From Eledone cirrhosa (lineage: Eukaryota), in NCBI GenBank assembly GCA_964016885.1, contig OZ024741.1, positions 107,508,001 through 107,572,000 of the forward strand: a DNA stretch of 64,000 nucleotides. The letters are read 5' to 3'. Of this stretch, positions 41,178 through 53,999 are shown piece after piece. Position 1 is the stretch's first letter, and each line of letters starts with the position of its first letter. The notes beneath the pieces are model-generated. The model was not told where the DNA came from and did not search any database. It saw only the letters and a list, made by a program, of their open reading frames with translations. A program made the position numbers and the translations under genes.

Positions 41178-41955
41178 TGAATAAAGTTAGTCATTCATCA
41201 GTGATCTTCCAACCATCATTGTTATTTCATCGCTTTAAAGACCATATACTTCCGGTTGGTGCGAGCAACGGCTAAAGAAAGTCGTTGGGACACGTAAATA
41301 AGAGGAACGAGCGAGAGTGTAAATAAACAAAGATGGTAAAGCAACGAAAAATGAGGAAGAAAGAGTCAAGTCCCAGATTTCCATGAATAAATGTTCGGTG
41401 AAATCGTGAACGAGAGAGAATAAAGACCATCAAACCTAGTCGAAATGTGAGCAAGGAAGGAATTCCGCACAAGTCAAACGGGAGGAAGAAGGAGTCCAGT
41501 CCGTGAATTCGGTAAACATAAGTTCTGTGAAATCGTAGACAAGAGAGAGAAAAGGGGAACCAGCCTGGTCAAGCGTGCGAGAGAAAAGAATTACGCACAG
41601 GTCAAACGGTAGGAAGTAGGAGAGGTAGTAGCAGAGAGTGAGTGAGTGAAGGGTGAGGAAGAGGCTAACAGAGAGAGTGAATGTTAGAGAGGGTAAATAT
41701 ACAGAGAAAGACGAAGCAGTAAGAACAAAATAGACGAGTCACAGCGGTGGAAAATATATGTGTGAATATGAGAACAAACGTGCTGCGTGGTTGCAAATGG
41801 GTTACATATGAATAAAGTTAGTCCTTCATCAGTGATCTTCCAACCATCATTGGTATTTCATCGCTTTAAAGACCATATACCTCGGAGGTATATGGTCTTT
41901 AAAGCGATGAAATACCAATGATGGTTGGAAGATCACTGATGAAGGACTAACTTTA

Positions 41956-41961
<6 letters not shown>
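41178..41961 (-). mobile_element. Miniature PLE-like element with both direct and inverted ~78-bp terminal repeats
   Basis: 41178-41255 resembles 41807-41883; perfect palindrome 41806-41962 centred on 41884; (TA)n on both sides. Confidence 0.75.
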
Positions 41962-42000
<39 letters not shown>

Positions 42001-42443
42001 CAACTACACAGCCATTTCTATTCTCAATATATTTCATCATGTTTTTCGCTGTGACCATTCTTCTCTCCCCTTCTACCTACCTATTTCGCCACTTTCTACT
42101 CTCACCCCTCTTTCTTCCCCTATTTTTCTCCCTATCTACTCTTACCCCACTTTCTTCCCCTCCCTTTCTCCCTCTCACTTTCACCCCCTCGTCTGACCGT
42201 TCAGCAATTCTCTTCTCACTTCAACTGCAGCGATCGGACGTGTGTCTCTCTCTTTCCTTTCGACCACTCAGTCTTGAACTTCAGTTCTCTTATCGAGTGG
42301 TCTTGGTTTTCCTACCTATAGTTGCTCGCATATTGCTCGGTTTGCTGTTGTTTTTCGCTGTTTTGTAACTGTTTTTCTTTTATTGCTCTTTATTCCCACT
42401 GTATTTTAAGTTACCTTAAATGGCAACTACACAGCTATTTCTA

Positions 42444-42505
<62 letters not shown>

Positions 42506-42530
42506 CTCTCTCTCTCTCTCTCACTCTCTC

Positions 42531-42611
<81 letters not shown>

Positions 42612-42778
42612 TTCCAAGAGTGTCATAAGAATGAATTGTGATCCAGAACCTAACGAAACTTAAGTACCTGTTTATGTCACTGTTGTAATTATTTATACTA
42701 AACTCGTCCTATGGACTGAGTGCTCTTACCCTTGGATATTTCTACCAAACTTTTACTATAGTATATATATATATACAT

Positions 42779-42830
<52 letters not shown>

Positions 42831-43023
42831 GTGACCACTACAGCTAGCGATTTCAGTTTGTAGCAATCCTCCTCCCTGGTATACCCTTCAGAAGACTAGC
42901 TACATACAAGCCGATACCGATAGGCATCACGGTCGAGGTTTATACCCTCCTTTTAACCCACTCTGCACCTATAACATGCATAGAGTATTTTTGGTCCTCC
43001 CGGTTTCGGAACCGCAAACTTTC

Positions 43024-43103
<80 letters not shown>

Positions 43104-43242
43104 CACACACATTTATATATATATCCAAGGAGTTTAACGTGAAGTTAGTGTAGGTTCACCCAGGTGAGCACTTGATGTTAAGGTTCACGTCAGCGGTGAG
43201 GTGTAGAGCTAAACAGAGTGTAATATAATAATACAAGGCCGA

Positions 43243-43488
43243 TTTGTTAAACCTTCATTACGTTTATTGATTGGTGACGCGCGTTTCGCTATTGATCAGC
43301 TCAAGGTTCGATCCGTATCGATCTGCCCCGACTCTGGAATGAAAAGCTCATCGGACATCATTACTACCACAGAGGTCCGACAAGCTTTTCATTCCAGAGT
43401 CGGGCCATATCGATACAGATCTAAGCTTGGGCTGATCAATAGCGAAACGTGCGTCACCAATTAATAAACGCAATGAAGGTTTAAACAA
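43243..43488. repeat. Imperfect ~110-bp-arm hairpin
   Basis: Reverse-complement arms with several mismatches and a ~17-nt loop. Confidence 0.85.
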
Positions 43489-44226
43489 TCCCCCTTGAAT
43501 TATTATATGCGAACATGCCAGACAACAACACGACGGTAACATAGACAACATAGAAATTAGAATAATATCTAAACATAGAAATGACCCAGCAGATAGGCAA
43601 ATCAGAGAGGCCAGTGAAATAGAACTTAGAATGCCAAGGCGAAACAGAAAAAATGAATGGAATAACAACAACACCCAAACAAACAACACTGACCTAAGAG
43701 AAGTATAAATAAATAAATAAATAGATAAATAAATAAGTAGATAAATAAATAAATACATACACATGCACAATAACAACAAACACATATAAACACACACTAG
43801 TAAAGATAGAATACATTAACCAATACACAGCCACCCAATCACGAACACACATCAAACAAAAAACACTATACACACACGCAAACGCATGCGCAAAGAAGAC
43901 AAAATAAATTAAACAAATAAATAAATATATAAGCAGACTAAATAAAGATGGCGTAGAAAATACAATGCAACGGGAGGAAACAATAGCACCACTGACGATG
44001 TTGCAGATGTGCAACGAAAGAACTTTCATAAACTATATATATGTGTTTGTGTCTATATTGTATCTGTATTTCTGACCGTTGATCAGTCAATGGCAACATT
44101 GAGGACCGAATAAATTAGATTACCGATATAAAAGACACAGAAGCGAAAAGCGAAAACCAACCAAACAGTGAGTGTGTTCTGTTATTAATTCTGGCAATAT
44201 TACACAAATTTATATATATACAAATA

Positions 44227-44408
44227 ATTGTTTCTACTTTTGGCACAAAGCCAGCAATTACCCAGTACATTACTCGTACGTTATTTTATTGACCCCGTAT
44301 GGATGAAAGGCAAAGTTAACCTCGGCGGGATTTGAACTCAGATCGTAAATGGACGTAACTATGCTGGAAAGCATGTCCGACCCTCTACCGATACTGCCAA
44401 TTCACCAC
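44227..44408 (-). mobile_element. tRNA-SINE (same family as 3505; partial copy at 63845-63953)
   Basis: Direct similarity. Confidence 0.88.
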
Positions 44409-44680
44409 AAATAATGAATCAAAACATCAAATATGTTTAGAATTTTGTGTTTCTCAATAAGCAAGCTCAATAGACATTATCTAAAGTAATACTTACCAAA
44501 TAAAGAGATGTATGTGTATACAGAGAGAGGAGGAGCCATATATCGCACAAGAAATGTGGTATATTTTATATATATCAAATACATATTCAATAGAAGAATA
44601 TGTACAAAGGTGGAACCATAAGTGAAACCTTATAGCGCTCTTTCATACTGGAGTGTATGGCTAAAAATAAATCTATGTAA

Positions 44681-45273
<593 letters not shown>

Positions 45274-45305
45274 AAATATATATCTATATATCCTATATAT
45301 ATAAT

Positions 45306-45341
<36 letters not shown>

Positions 45342-45510
45342 ATAGCAAGATATCGTTATAAGTAATCCAATTAGAGGTTGTGAATTTTTTTAATTATATA
45401 TATATATATATATGATGTCAACATGAATGGACCTGTTATTTTTATCTAAAGACATTTTTTCCAATTCCAACCCGCGCGTCCGCTCAATCTATCTTATTTC
45501 TCATTCTTTC

Positions 45511-45544
45511 TTCTGATGAAGGACTAGCGTCCGAAACGTTAAGG
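45511..45544 (+). ncRNA. Minimal type I hammerhead ribozyme
   Basis: CTT-CTGATGA-A-GGAC tagc GTCC-GAAA-CGT-TA-AGG; palindromic AACGTT helix III. Confidence 0.75.
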
Positions 45545-45628
45545 CCCTCTTCCTGCTATATCAAGCGTTAACCTAATATATACCTTCTATATACTGTACC
45601 GATTGTGTTGTTATTTCTGTTTACCTTT

Positions 45629-45682
<54 letters not shown>

Positions 45683-45858
45683 TTATTAAAATAACAGATT
45701 AAAGTTTAAAGGGTGAAAGCAGCGATTCTTTGCTTAAACTTTAATCTGTTATTTTAATAAATATTTGCTCTACGGTTCTTATATATTTGATATATATTTA
45801 TCCTTATCGAGCCCTCTTTGGATTTTAGCCTTCAAATTTATTATCATTACTATTATTA

Positions 45859-45947
<89 letters not shown>

Positions 45948-45953
<6 letters not shown>

Positions 45954-47416
45954 ACAGGAGGTTGGACTGGTGTAAATCCTTGAAAGGTTTATTATACTAT
46001 GATCATTTCAATGACCGGGTTCCATATGAATCCGGTGATATCATCAGGTATTGGAATATAACAAAGGAATATGTAAAAAAACCAAGGGTCCGAAAAATCA
46101 GAGACAGAGACAAAGAGGACGACTGACCAACTAGCTGCCTTCACCTCGTCCAGTCGCCCTCAAAGTGATGGCAACTGAATCTACTAATGACCATTTGGTG
46201 AGAGGGCGAAGGCTTATAATGCACTACCACCTCTCCGTCAAAGAAAAAGGGGAAGAAAGAAAGGAAGAAAGAAGTCAGCGTAAGGGTCACACTACATTCA
46301 TGTTAGAAAATGCCGCGAAAAATACTACTCCAAAGAATCTATATTTAACAAAGGTATATATAATGTGTGTCTGTATGGTCTAATGTGTGAACCGAAGATT
46401 GGAACGTTAAACTTATGTTACGAGTTATAGGATGAAATTAAATTAAATAAAAAAATATTAAATTGCAAAATGATAAATTGAAAAATAAATTATTAGAAAA
46501 TTAAAGATTAAGGTAGCGAGATTTATTTAATGAAATTACAGAGAGAGTCTTATATGAAAAAATTAATCTCGATAAGATATCAGGATGGGATATAGAGTAA
46601 AGATTTCGATTGCGAGTCCCAACCAACACCCCCAACCATGAGTCAGCCAGTTTCGAGTGGTATCGTCCAGCGAAAGAAATGGAAATTAATTTTTCCGAGT
46701 ACTCTAGGAACGTAGCTACCTTAGGCCCCGGGGGTGCTAGCGGGAAGTCTACAATTTCGACAGGCCATCGTCTATACCAAATGAATACTATTAAATCACA
46801 CATGAGGGGTTCAGTTACGTGCCAGTAGAGGCATGATACAGCTAATAGTTATGCCTAAACCTGGAGTTTATAGGTATAAGTATAATATGGCGGCCAAAGC
46901 AGGCGGCGCGGTGGGACCGAGGCAAAGCAAGTCGCTCCGAGTAATTTCGTTTACCGAAAGAGGGGAAATTTATTTTTCCGAGTACTCAAGGAAGGCTGAA
47001 CTTTCCGAGTGCCCAGCGCACAGCCGGGAAAAGCCACCACATAAGTCGAAGGTAGCAACCCAATGAAAAGTGCAAATAGACCATAATTATTTTAAAGTCC
47101 CAGTTAGTCCGGGTTATAAGTAGCGTGGTTCTTTGGTGGGTAGAGACCTATGAAAGGTGCATTATGACCTGAGTAAGGTAGCAACTGAATCTACTAATGA
47201 CCATCTGGTGAGGGGGCGAAGGCTTATAATGCACTACCACCTCTCGGTCAAAGAAAAAGGGGAAGAAAGAAAGAAAGGAAAAAAGAAGAAAAAAAGGAAG
47301 AAAGAAGTTAGCGTAAGGGTCACACTACATTCATGCTAGAAAATGCCGCGAAAAATGCCACTCCAAAGAATCTATATTTAACAAAGGCATATATAATGGG
47401 TGTCTGTATGGTCTAA
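45948..47416 (-). mobile_element. Non-coding PLE/retrozyme-like element with ~215-bp direct repeats
   Basis: 46170-46383 resembles 47180-47416; HHR ~45 nt from the TA-anchored end. Confidence 0.6.
45994..46051 (-). ncRNA. Type I hammerhead ribozyme
   Basis: ATAC-CTGATGA-..ACCGG..CCGGT..-GAAA-TGATCA-TA-GTAT. Confidence 0.75.
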
Positions 47417-47615
47417 TAACGGGATCTTCTGAAACTAATTTCAGAAAGATCCTGTATTAGTATCAGAAGATCCCGTTAAGGGTGAAAGCAGCGTTTTTTG
47501 CATGAACTTTAACCTGTTATTTTAATAAATATTTGCTCTACTGTTTTATATATTTTATATATATATTATCCTTATCGAGCCCTCTTCGGATTTTAGTCTT
47601 CACATTTATTATTAT

Positions 47616-47666
<51 letters not shown>

Positions 47667-48336
47667 CCTTTGCCTTCCTGATCCTGCGTAAAGGCATTTT
47701 ATGTTTCACTATACTCTTCTGTGAAATATTGAGAATTTCATCTCAATAAGTTGTTCATATTGCCCATTTTTCTTGTCTCTCAGAATCCTGACTATCATCT
47801 TTTACGGCCACTTGTAGCTTATATGAAATTCATACAGAATTTGTTGTCACTCATCCGGTAAGTCTGTCCAATCCCATCCACCACACAATTCCCTAAAATT
47901 GTAGCTTCCTGCAGATATTGGAAATCAATAATATACCTGCTAGTATCTTCGATTCTTCTATCATTGTCCACATTTCTCATTTATATCTGACTTCCTACTA
48001 ATTCTCTCTTTAGAATATTCCAATCAAATATCTTTGTCGATAGCAACGACTTGAATATATATTGAATCTATGCCCAAACCAAATAAAAAGAGATATCGAT
48101 TATTGAAAATTGTGAGCAGGCAATTGAATGATTACCAATTTATTGGTCATTACTAATTTGATGCTATTTAGTTTTGTACTGAAATGATCTGAATCGATGA
48201 CCCTGATTCAATCCCCAATTAGGTTAATTTCAATTTTCTATGATCGTAAATTACAAGTGTGCACGTCGAGAATGTCCATTCTAGATCGTTTCTCTCTATC
48301 ATTCTCTCTATTGCTCATTCTTTACACACACACACA

Positions 48337-48451
<115 letters not shown>

Positions 48452-48602
48452 ACACACACATATATATATATCGTAACCAAGTGGAAATGTGGGATAAATA
48501 CATTTATTAATTGTACACGAATTATACTAACAGCGTTTCACTGATTGTACACACACATACAGTGGCCAAATCTTAACAAATTGTTTTCCCATCTCGCCAA
48601 AC

Positions 48603-48661
<59 letters not shown>

Positions 48662-49102
48662 ATCCGCCAAAAATAAGGGTTGCCTCTCTTGTCGAGCCCC
48701 ACGTGGGTATCGGTAACGGTCATTCCTTTGCCTGGCACTTGAACTAAAACCTGTTGAGAAAGTGACTTCCTTGTTCAATCATCTTACCAGAAGCCTAACA
48801 TTATTTGTCTAAGCGGACAGTACTTGATTTAGGAGTCGCAGAAACCGAAATGCTGGATTTTACCAACCATCCAGGGGTCCGGGTAAATTTTTCAATCACA
48901 TACTTTTTTATTTGTTTGACCCGAATTACTTGGTCGTTTCTGTGGCTGTGCGGATGACGGTTTAACTATCGTCTCAGTGTGTTTGGCCTTTAACGTATGT
49001 TGTAGCTCTGGTTCGTCTGAATTATTGAGCGCTTACCACACATCTCGGAAGTTGTTTTAAGCTAATTCCGAAGCCGAAATACGATTCTCTCTAATTTATA
49101 TT

Positions 49103-49142
<40 letters not shown>

Positions 49143-49304
49143 TGGAAGCTTAATAGAATTGAAGCTTTGGCTGTGGCCAAGCTAACGACCTACAATTAGG
49201 AATGAGCAGCAAAGCACTCAATAAGGCTGCAGGCTTTAGAGTAATAACATACCTTTAGACAGCTTGACAAATTGGAATATATATAGGCGTGTGGCTAATA
49301 ATAT

Positions 49305-49880
49305 ATATGCATATATATTATTATTATAATGCTCAGTATTTTATACTTGGAGCTTAATAATTACAGGGTTTCAATAAGAGTTATTAACTCGAATTTTCAT
49401 TTATATTTCGGCTCCCTCATGAGGTGAGCTTATTACGTTGCGTGTATTCGACTGTTGTTTCTAACCAATACACGCTTACCACGTTTGACTTGCGGCGCAC
49501 GAGGTGATAAATTCATCTTTCTGTGTGAACGTTGGTACATAGTGTTTGTCGCATTTAATCAGATTCTCTCGCTGATGATGCCCATGATTATCTGTTGCAA
49601 ACACACTCAGGGCGAAACAGATTAGGGATAATCTGTCCGAGAGATATAATTGTTATTGAGGCGGTTTGTATAATATAATTTTATTTTATCATTCTGTCTG
49701 CTTCTTGGTTAAATATTTCAAACAAATGTGGTCTTTCAACCCTTGTAATATTAGACACGGTTTACTGTGTTTCTTACTGCATATATATATTATTATTATA
49801 ATGCTCAGTATTTTATACTTGGAGCTTAATAATTACAGGGTTTCAATAAGAGTCATTAACTCTAATTTTCATTTATATAT
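49305..49880 (+). mobile_element. Partial-tandem miniature element with a central HHR (49565-49628)
   Basis: ~100-bp direct repeats 49308-49407 / 49778-49880; CTGATGA-T-GCCC..GGGC-GAAA-CAGAT-TA-GGGA. Confidence 0.7.
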
Positions 49881-49923
49881 ATATTTATATATATATATAT
49901 ATTAAAATAACATTATTTCTATG

Positions 49924-49997
<74 letters not shown>

Positions 49998-52900
49998 CAA
50001 CGCTTTTCCTTCTATACCTGTGCTCTTATAGACACAACTAACGTTGCGTTTCTTTTCTTCAGTCATACCTTCTGGTGTTTTCTAAAACACATTCTCAGTG
50101 ATTCCCAAGCATTGATATCAAGTATCAATTCCAACCATACTACACTACACACCACACAATAAAGCTAGCTCGGAAAAAAACTAACGGCAACACATCTATA
50201 TTGTACAGACATCTGAACAAAAATAGGTGATTAATCGCAATTTGCCACCAAGATCTATATCCAGTACAAAGCTGACCACACTAGTAATATACACACGTCT
50301 TCTTCTTCTTCTTCTTCTTCTTCTTCTTCTTCTTCTTCGCCCAGTTTAATTTATAGTGTCGAAACAGAGTGTGGTGGATTGGGAGATTTCATAGAGCGTC
50401 GAATAAAAATACCATTGTGTTATTTATTCTGACTCTTTATATTCTTAATCCAAATTCCTCCAAGTTGAGCTTTGCCTTTCACCCTACCATTATCAGTCAC
50501 TATGCAAATTCAATCATAGCTACCTCTCATAGTAATTACCACATGACATCTAGATCCCTAAATTCATATATATTCTCAAACCAAACATTTAATTATCACT
50601 CACACATAATACTATTAATACCTCAATATACTATATCACTACTTATTTCCATTATCAGTTCTATTCCTTTAATATTTAAATATTTACTATTTCAGATTTG
50701 ATTTAATCAAATATATCCTTCTCCAAATTTGCTGGCCTTGTGCCTAAATAAGAACACATTATGAGTTTAGACACAAATATCTTGCACATCTACAATCCGT
50801 GTTTTCCGTGCGTCAATTTACACCAACGCACTTTCAATGCCCACACACAGATTAACGAAGACAAAAAAAAAAAAAATAATCATAACAGATAGTTTTCAAT
50901 ACAATCAGTTTATATTCCTCCTACTACAAAGACTATTATTCATTATCATTTTATATCCAAAATTTACATTATTTTGATATCTGTGTGTATTATCTAGTCG
51001 GTTAGAATTTATGAGAACCACATCAGTATAATATATTCTGCTCGTAGTTTTAGTGGCAAATATTTAGAAATTTATGGTGTTGCAGTAAATGATATTCCTT
51101 GATCATATATAGTAATGACTTTGTACGTTCTGATTTCAAATCTCACCGGGGTTATGTTCGATTCTCATTCTTTTTGTGTGAATAAATTAAATACCAGTCA
51201 AATGCTAGGGTCGATATAATCAAAGATTTCTTCCCTGGCGTTTTGCATATGTAATAAATCTTATTTGACAAAAATTCTCGCTTGATGTCCTTGATTAAGT
51301 ATTTACAGCTTGATAAAGACAGGCTGAGTTCAAAATCCGCTGAGAACGACTTCATCTTTCATATTTTCGGTATGCATAACAATAGAATACCAGTTTGATT
51401 TGGTGGCTGGGGGATATACCTGGCGATTCTTCCTTCTCTGTATGGCTTGTCACTCAGTTACGAAAAAGGTGATGAGTAGTAAAATCTGTAAAGGCGCGAT
51501 TCGGTTATTTCTTTATTTTTAGTGCGCAGTCTCCAATTCGATAAAATAAGTAAAACTTTGGTCATGTTACAAACATTTATTACTCTTTGGTCTATTAGAT
51601 ATAATCGATCACCATTCTACACAACATTCTTTGCCTCGCGTTAGTATTAGGTCTTTCTTCCCGATCTCAATAAATGATAAAATCAATAAACTGAGATCTA
51701 TTTAACCGAGTATAATTATCTAGTATATTTATCTAGAATTTAACCCAAATTATTTTTAACTCACCTAAATAGTTCTAGCCAATATCGACATTTTTTCTTA
51801 CTTCTTTAATCTGTGTGTAGCCATTGAAAATGTATTGGTATATAGTAACAGACTGTAATAAACTGACTAAAGGTGAAAGTTGTGTGGACACTCCTATTAA
51901 TCCTTGGGTGTTATGTTACCCATCTGTATTTCTACCCCAGTTGTCTCAGATGCCATAGAACGTGTAATGGCATCACTTCTCGTCGTTGATTAAATTATAT
52001 AAACGAATACAATTGTAATGATATCATTAATATACCTAGTTCTATTGCCAAATATAAGGTTCTACTGAGACTCCGGATGTCAGCTTCAGGGTTAATACAT
52101 CAGCATATAAAGGAGCATGCTGTACATCCAAAAGTAAAGTCGATAGAGCATAACTAATAGCATATTTCTAATCAACGAGGGAGTGAAATGACAGGATGGT
52201 TAGAGCTTTGGAAAAACTGATTTATAGTTGAAATCCTGTTGAGATCTTTTCATCATTCCGAGGTTGATAAAATATTTTACCAGTAAAATACAGGATCCAG
52301 TATGATCGTCTTTACTTTCCTCTCAGAATTGCTGGCTTTGTGCCTATATGAGAAAATATAGGCAAGCAATGCCTCATATTTGTCTACAAATAAATCTAAC
52401 GTTCAAAGCAACGGATTATTAATTTGTTGGCCAATGTTACCATAAATATAATGTGTTATATCACAGCAGACACATATGAAGGTGTCAAAATGCTGCTATT
52501 TGACACGAAAATCAAACAAAGGGACTCATTTCCATTAAATCCAATGTGGAACTCCTATATTAAAGTTTCCTAGAATAACATGTATATATGTATCTATAGT
52601 ATGCATACAAACGCACATACTACGCATGCATACTCACAAGCACACAAACGCACACGTACGTACACACAGGTTTAAAATGTAACCCCATTAAACTTGTGTA
52701 CTAAAGGAACAATGCACACATCCATTCAATGAGAATAAATATATTCACACACACACACATATATATATATACATACATATATTTCTGTGTGTGTGTGTGT
52801 GTGTGTGTGTGCATAATTGCGTATCTATGCACGCATGCATGTGTATGTGTGTTTCTGCCTGCATAAACACAACCCCCCCCCACACACACACACACATATA

Positions 52901-53925
52901 TATACATATATACACACACAAATACATATGACATGTTGATAGTACATTTATGATGAAAATCACACTAGATCTAAAGGCAAGATTAAATGTCTGGTACTAT
53001 ATTGGAACCAAGAAATCTATGATAACGCAATTATATTTAAAGTGCATGAGACCAAAAATATGTTGGTACAATCTGCATAGTTAATTAATATACCAACCAA
53101 TAGTAGAAGATCTTGGCAAAATGGAGAAAAATCTGACTTGGAAATTTTATAAATATTTCCTTTATCAAATTATATGAGTCCAATAGAATTTATTCTAGCT
53201 AATTTCTTTCACTCTTTGTTTATCTAATCATCTTTTGTTAGTTTGTATACATATGTCTGTTGTTGTTCTTTCTTCATATGTTTAGTGAAATTTGTTTTGA
53301 ATGTGGCATATTATTTGTACAGTGCCTTATTGTCAAACTGTCGGGAGACAAATCACATATAATTGCCTATTAATCAAGTGAGTTAGACTTAACGTGTTAC
53401 ATCCAAGGGGAGCCTCTATAATTTCAACAGCCTTGTTAGTAGTAGCAACCAGATATTCTTCAAATCTCAACTATCGTCTTTAAAAAATTGTTTTCTTTAG
53501 GACATTAAGGATTGGTCAAAGGAAGTTATCCTTAAAAAGAAAATCTTGACCGATTGTTTGCAATAAAATGAACGCTAAAGCTGCTTAAGGCAACCAAGGA
53601 CGATCTAGTGGTGAATACAACGGAGTCAACACAATAAAGTACCAGTAAATTGATGGGATTGATATAATGTACTGTAAATTTCTGACCCTGTGCCTTACTT
53701 AGAAAATAATATTTATGTTATATAGCATATTATGGAATAGATGTTATATAGCCTATTGGATATATAACATCTATTCATGAGGTGAATGACATGGGTGTGC
53801 TCCTGCTAGAGTGGTTGAATAAATGACTCAAAATAAATGACTTGAAAGCAAGGATCTTTCTCGTTGATATATATATCTTTCACTCGTATATACACTCACA
53901 CACATACACAAACATTCAGAGGTAT

Positions 53926-53999
<74 letters not shown>

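Noticed and set aside
50035-50065. Minus-strand CTGAAGA-AAA-GAAA-CG..GTT
   Set aside because: No stem II or stem I; likely chance
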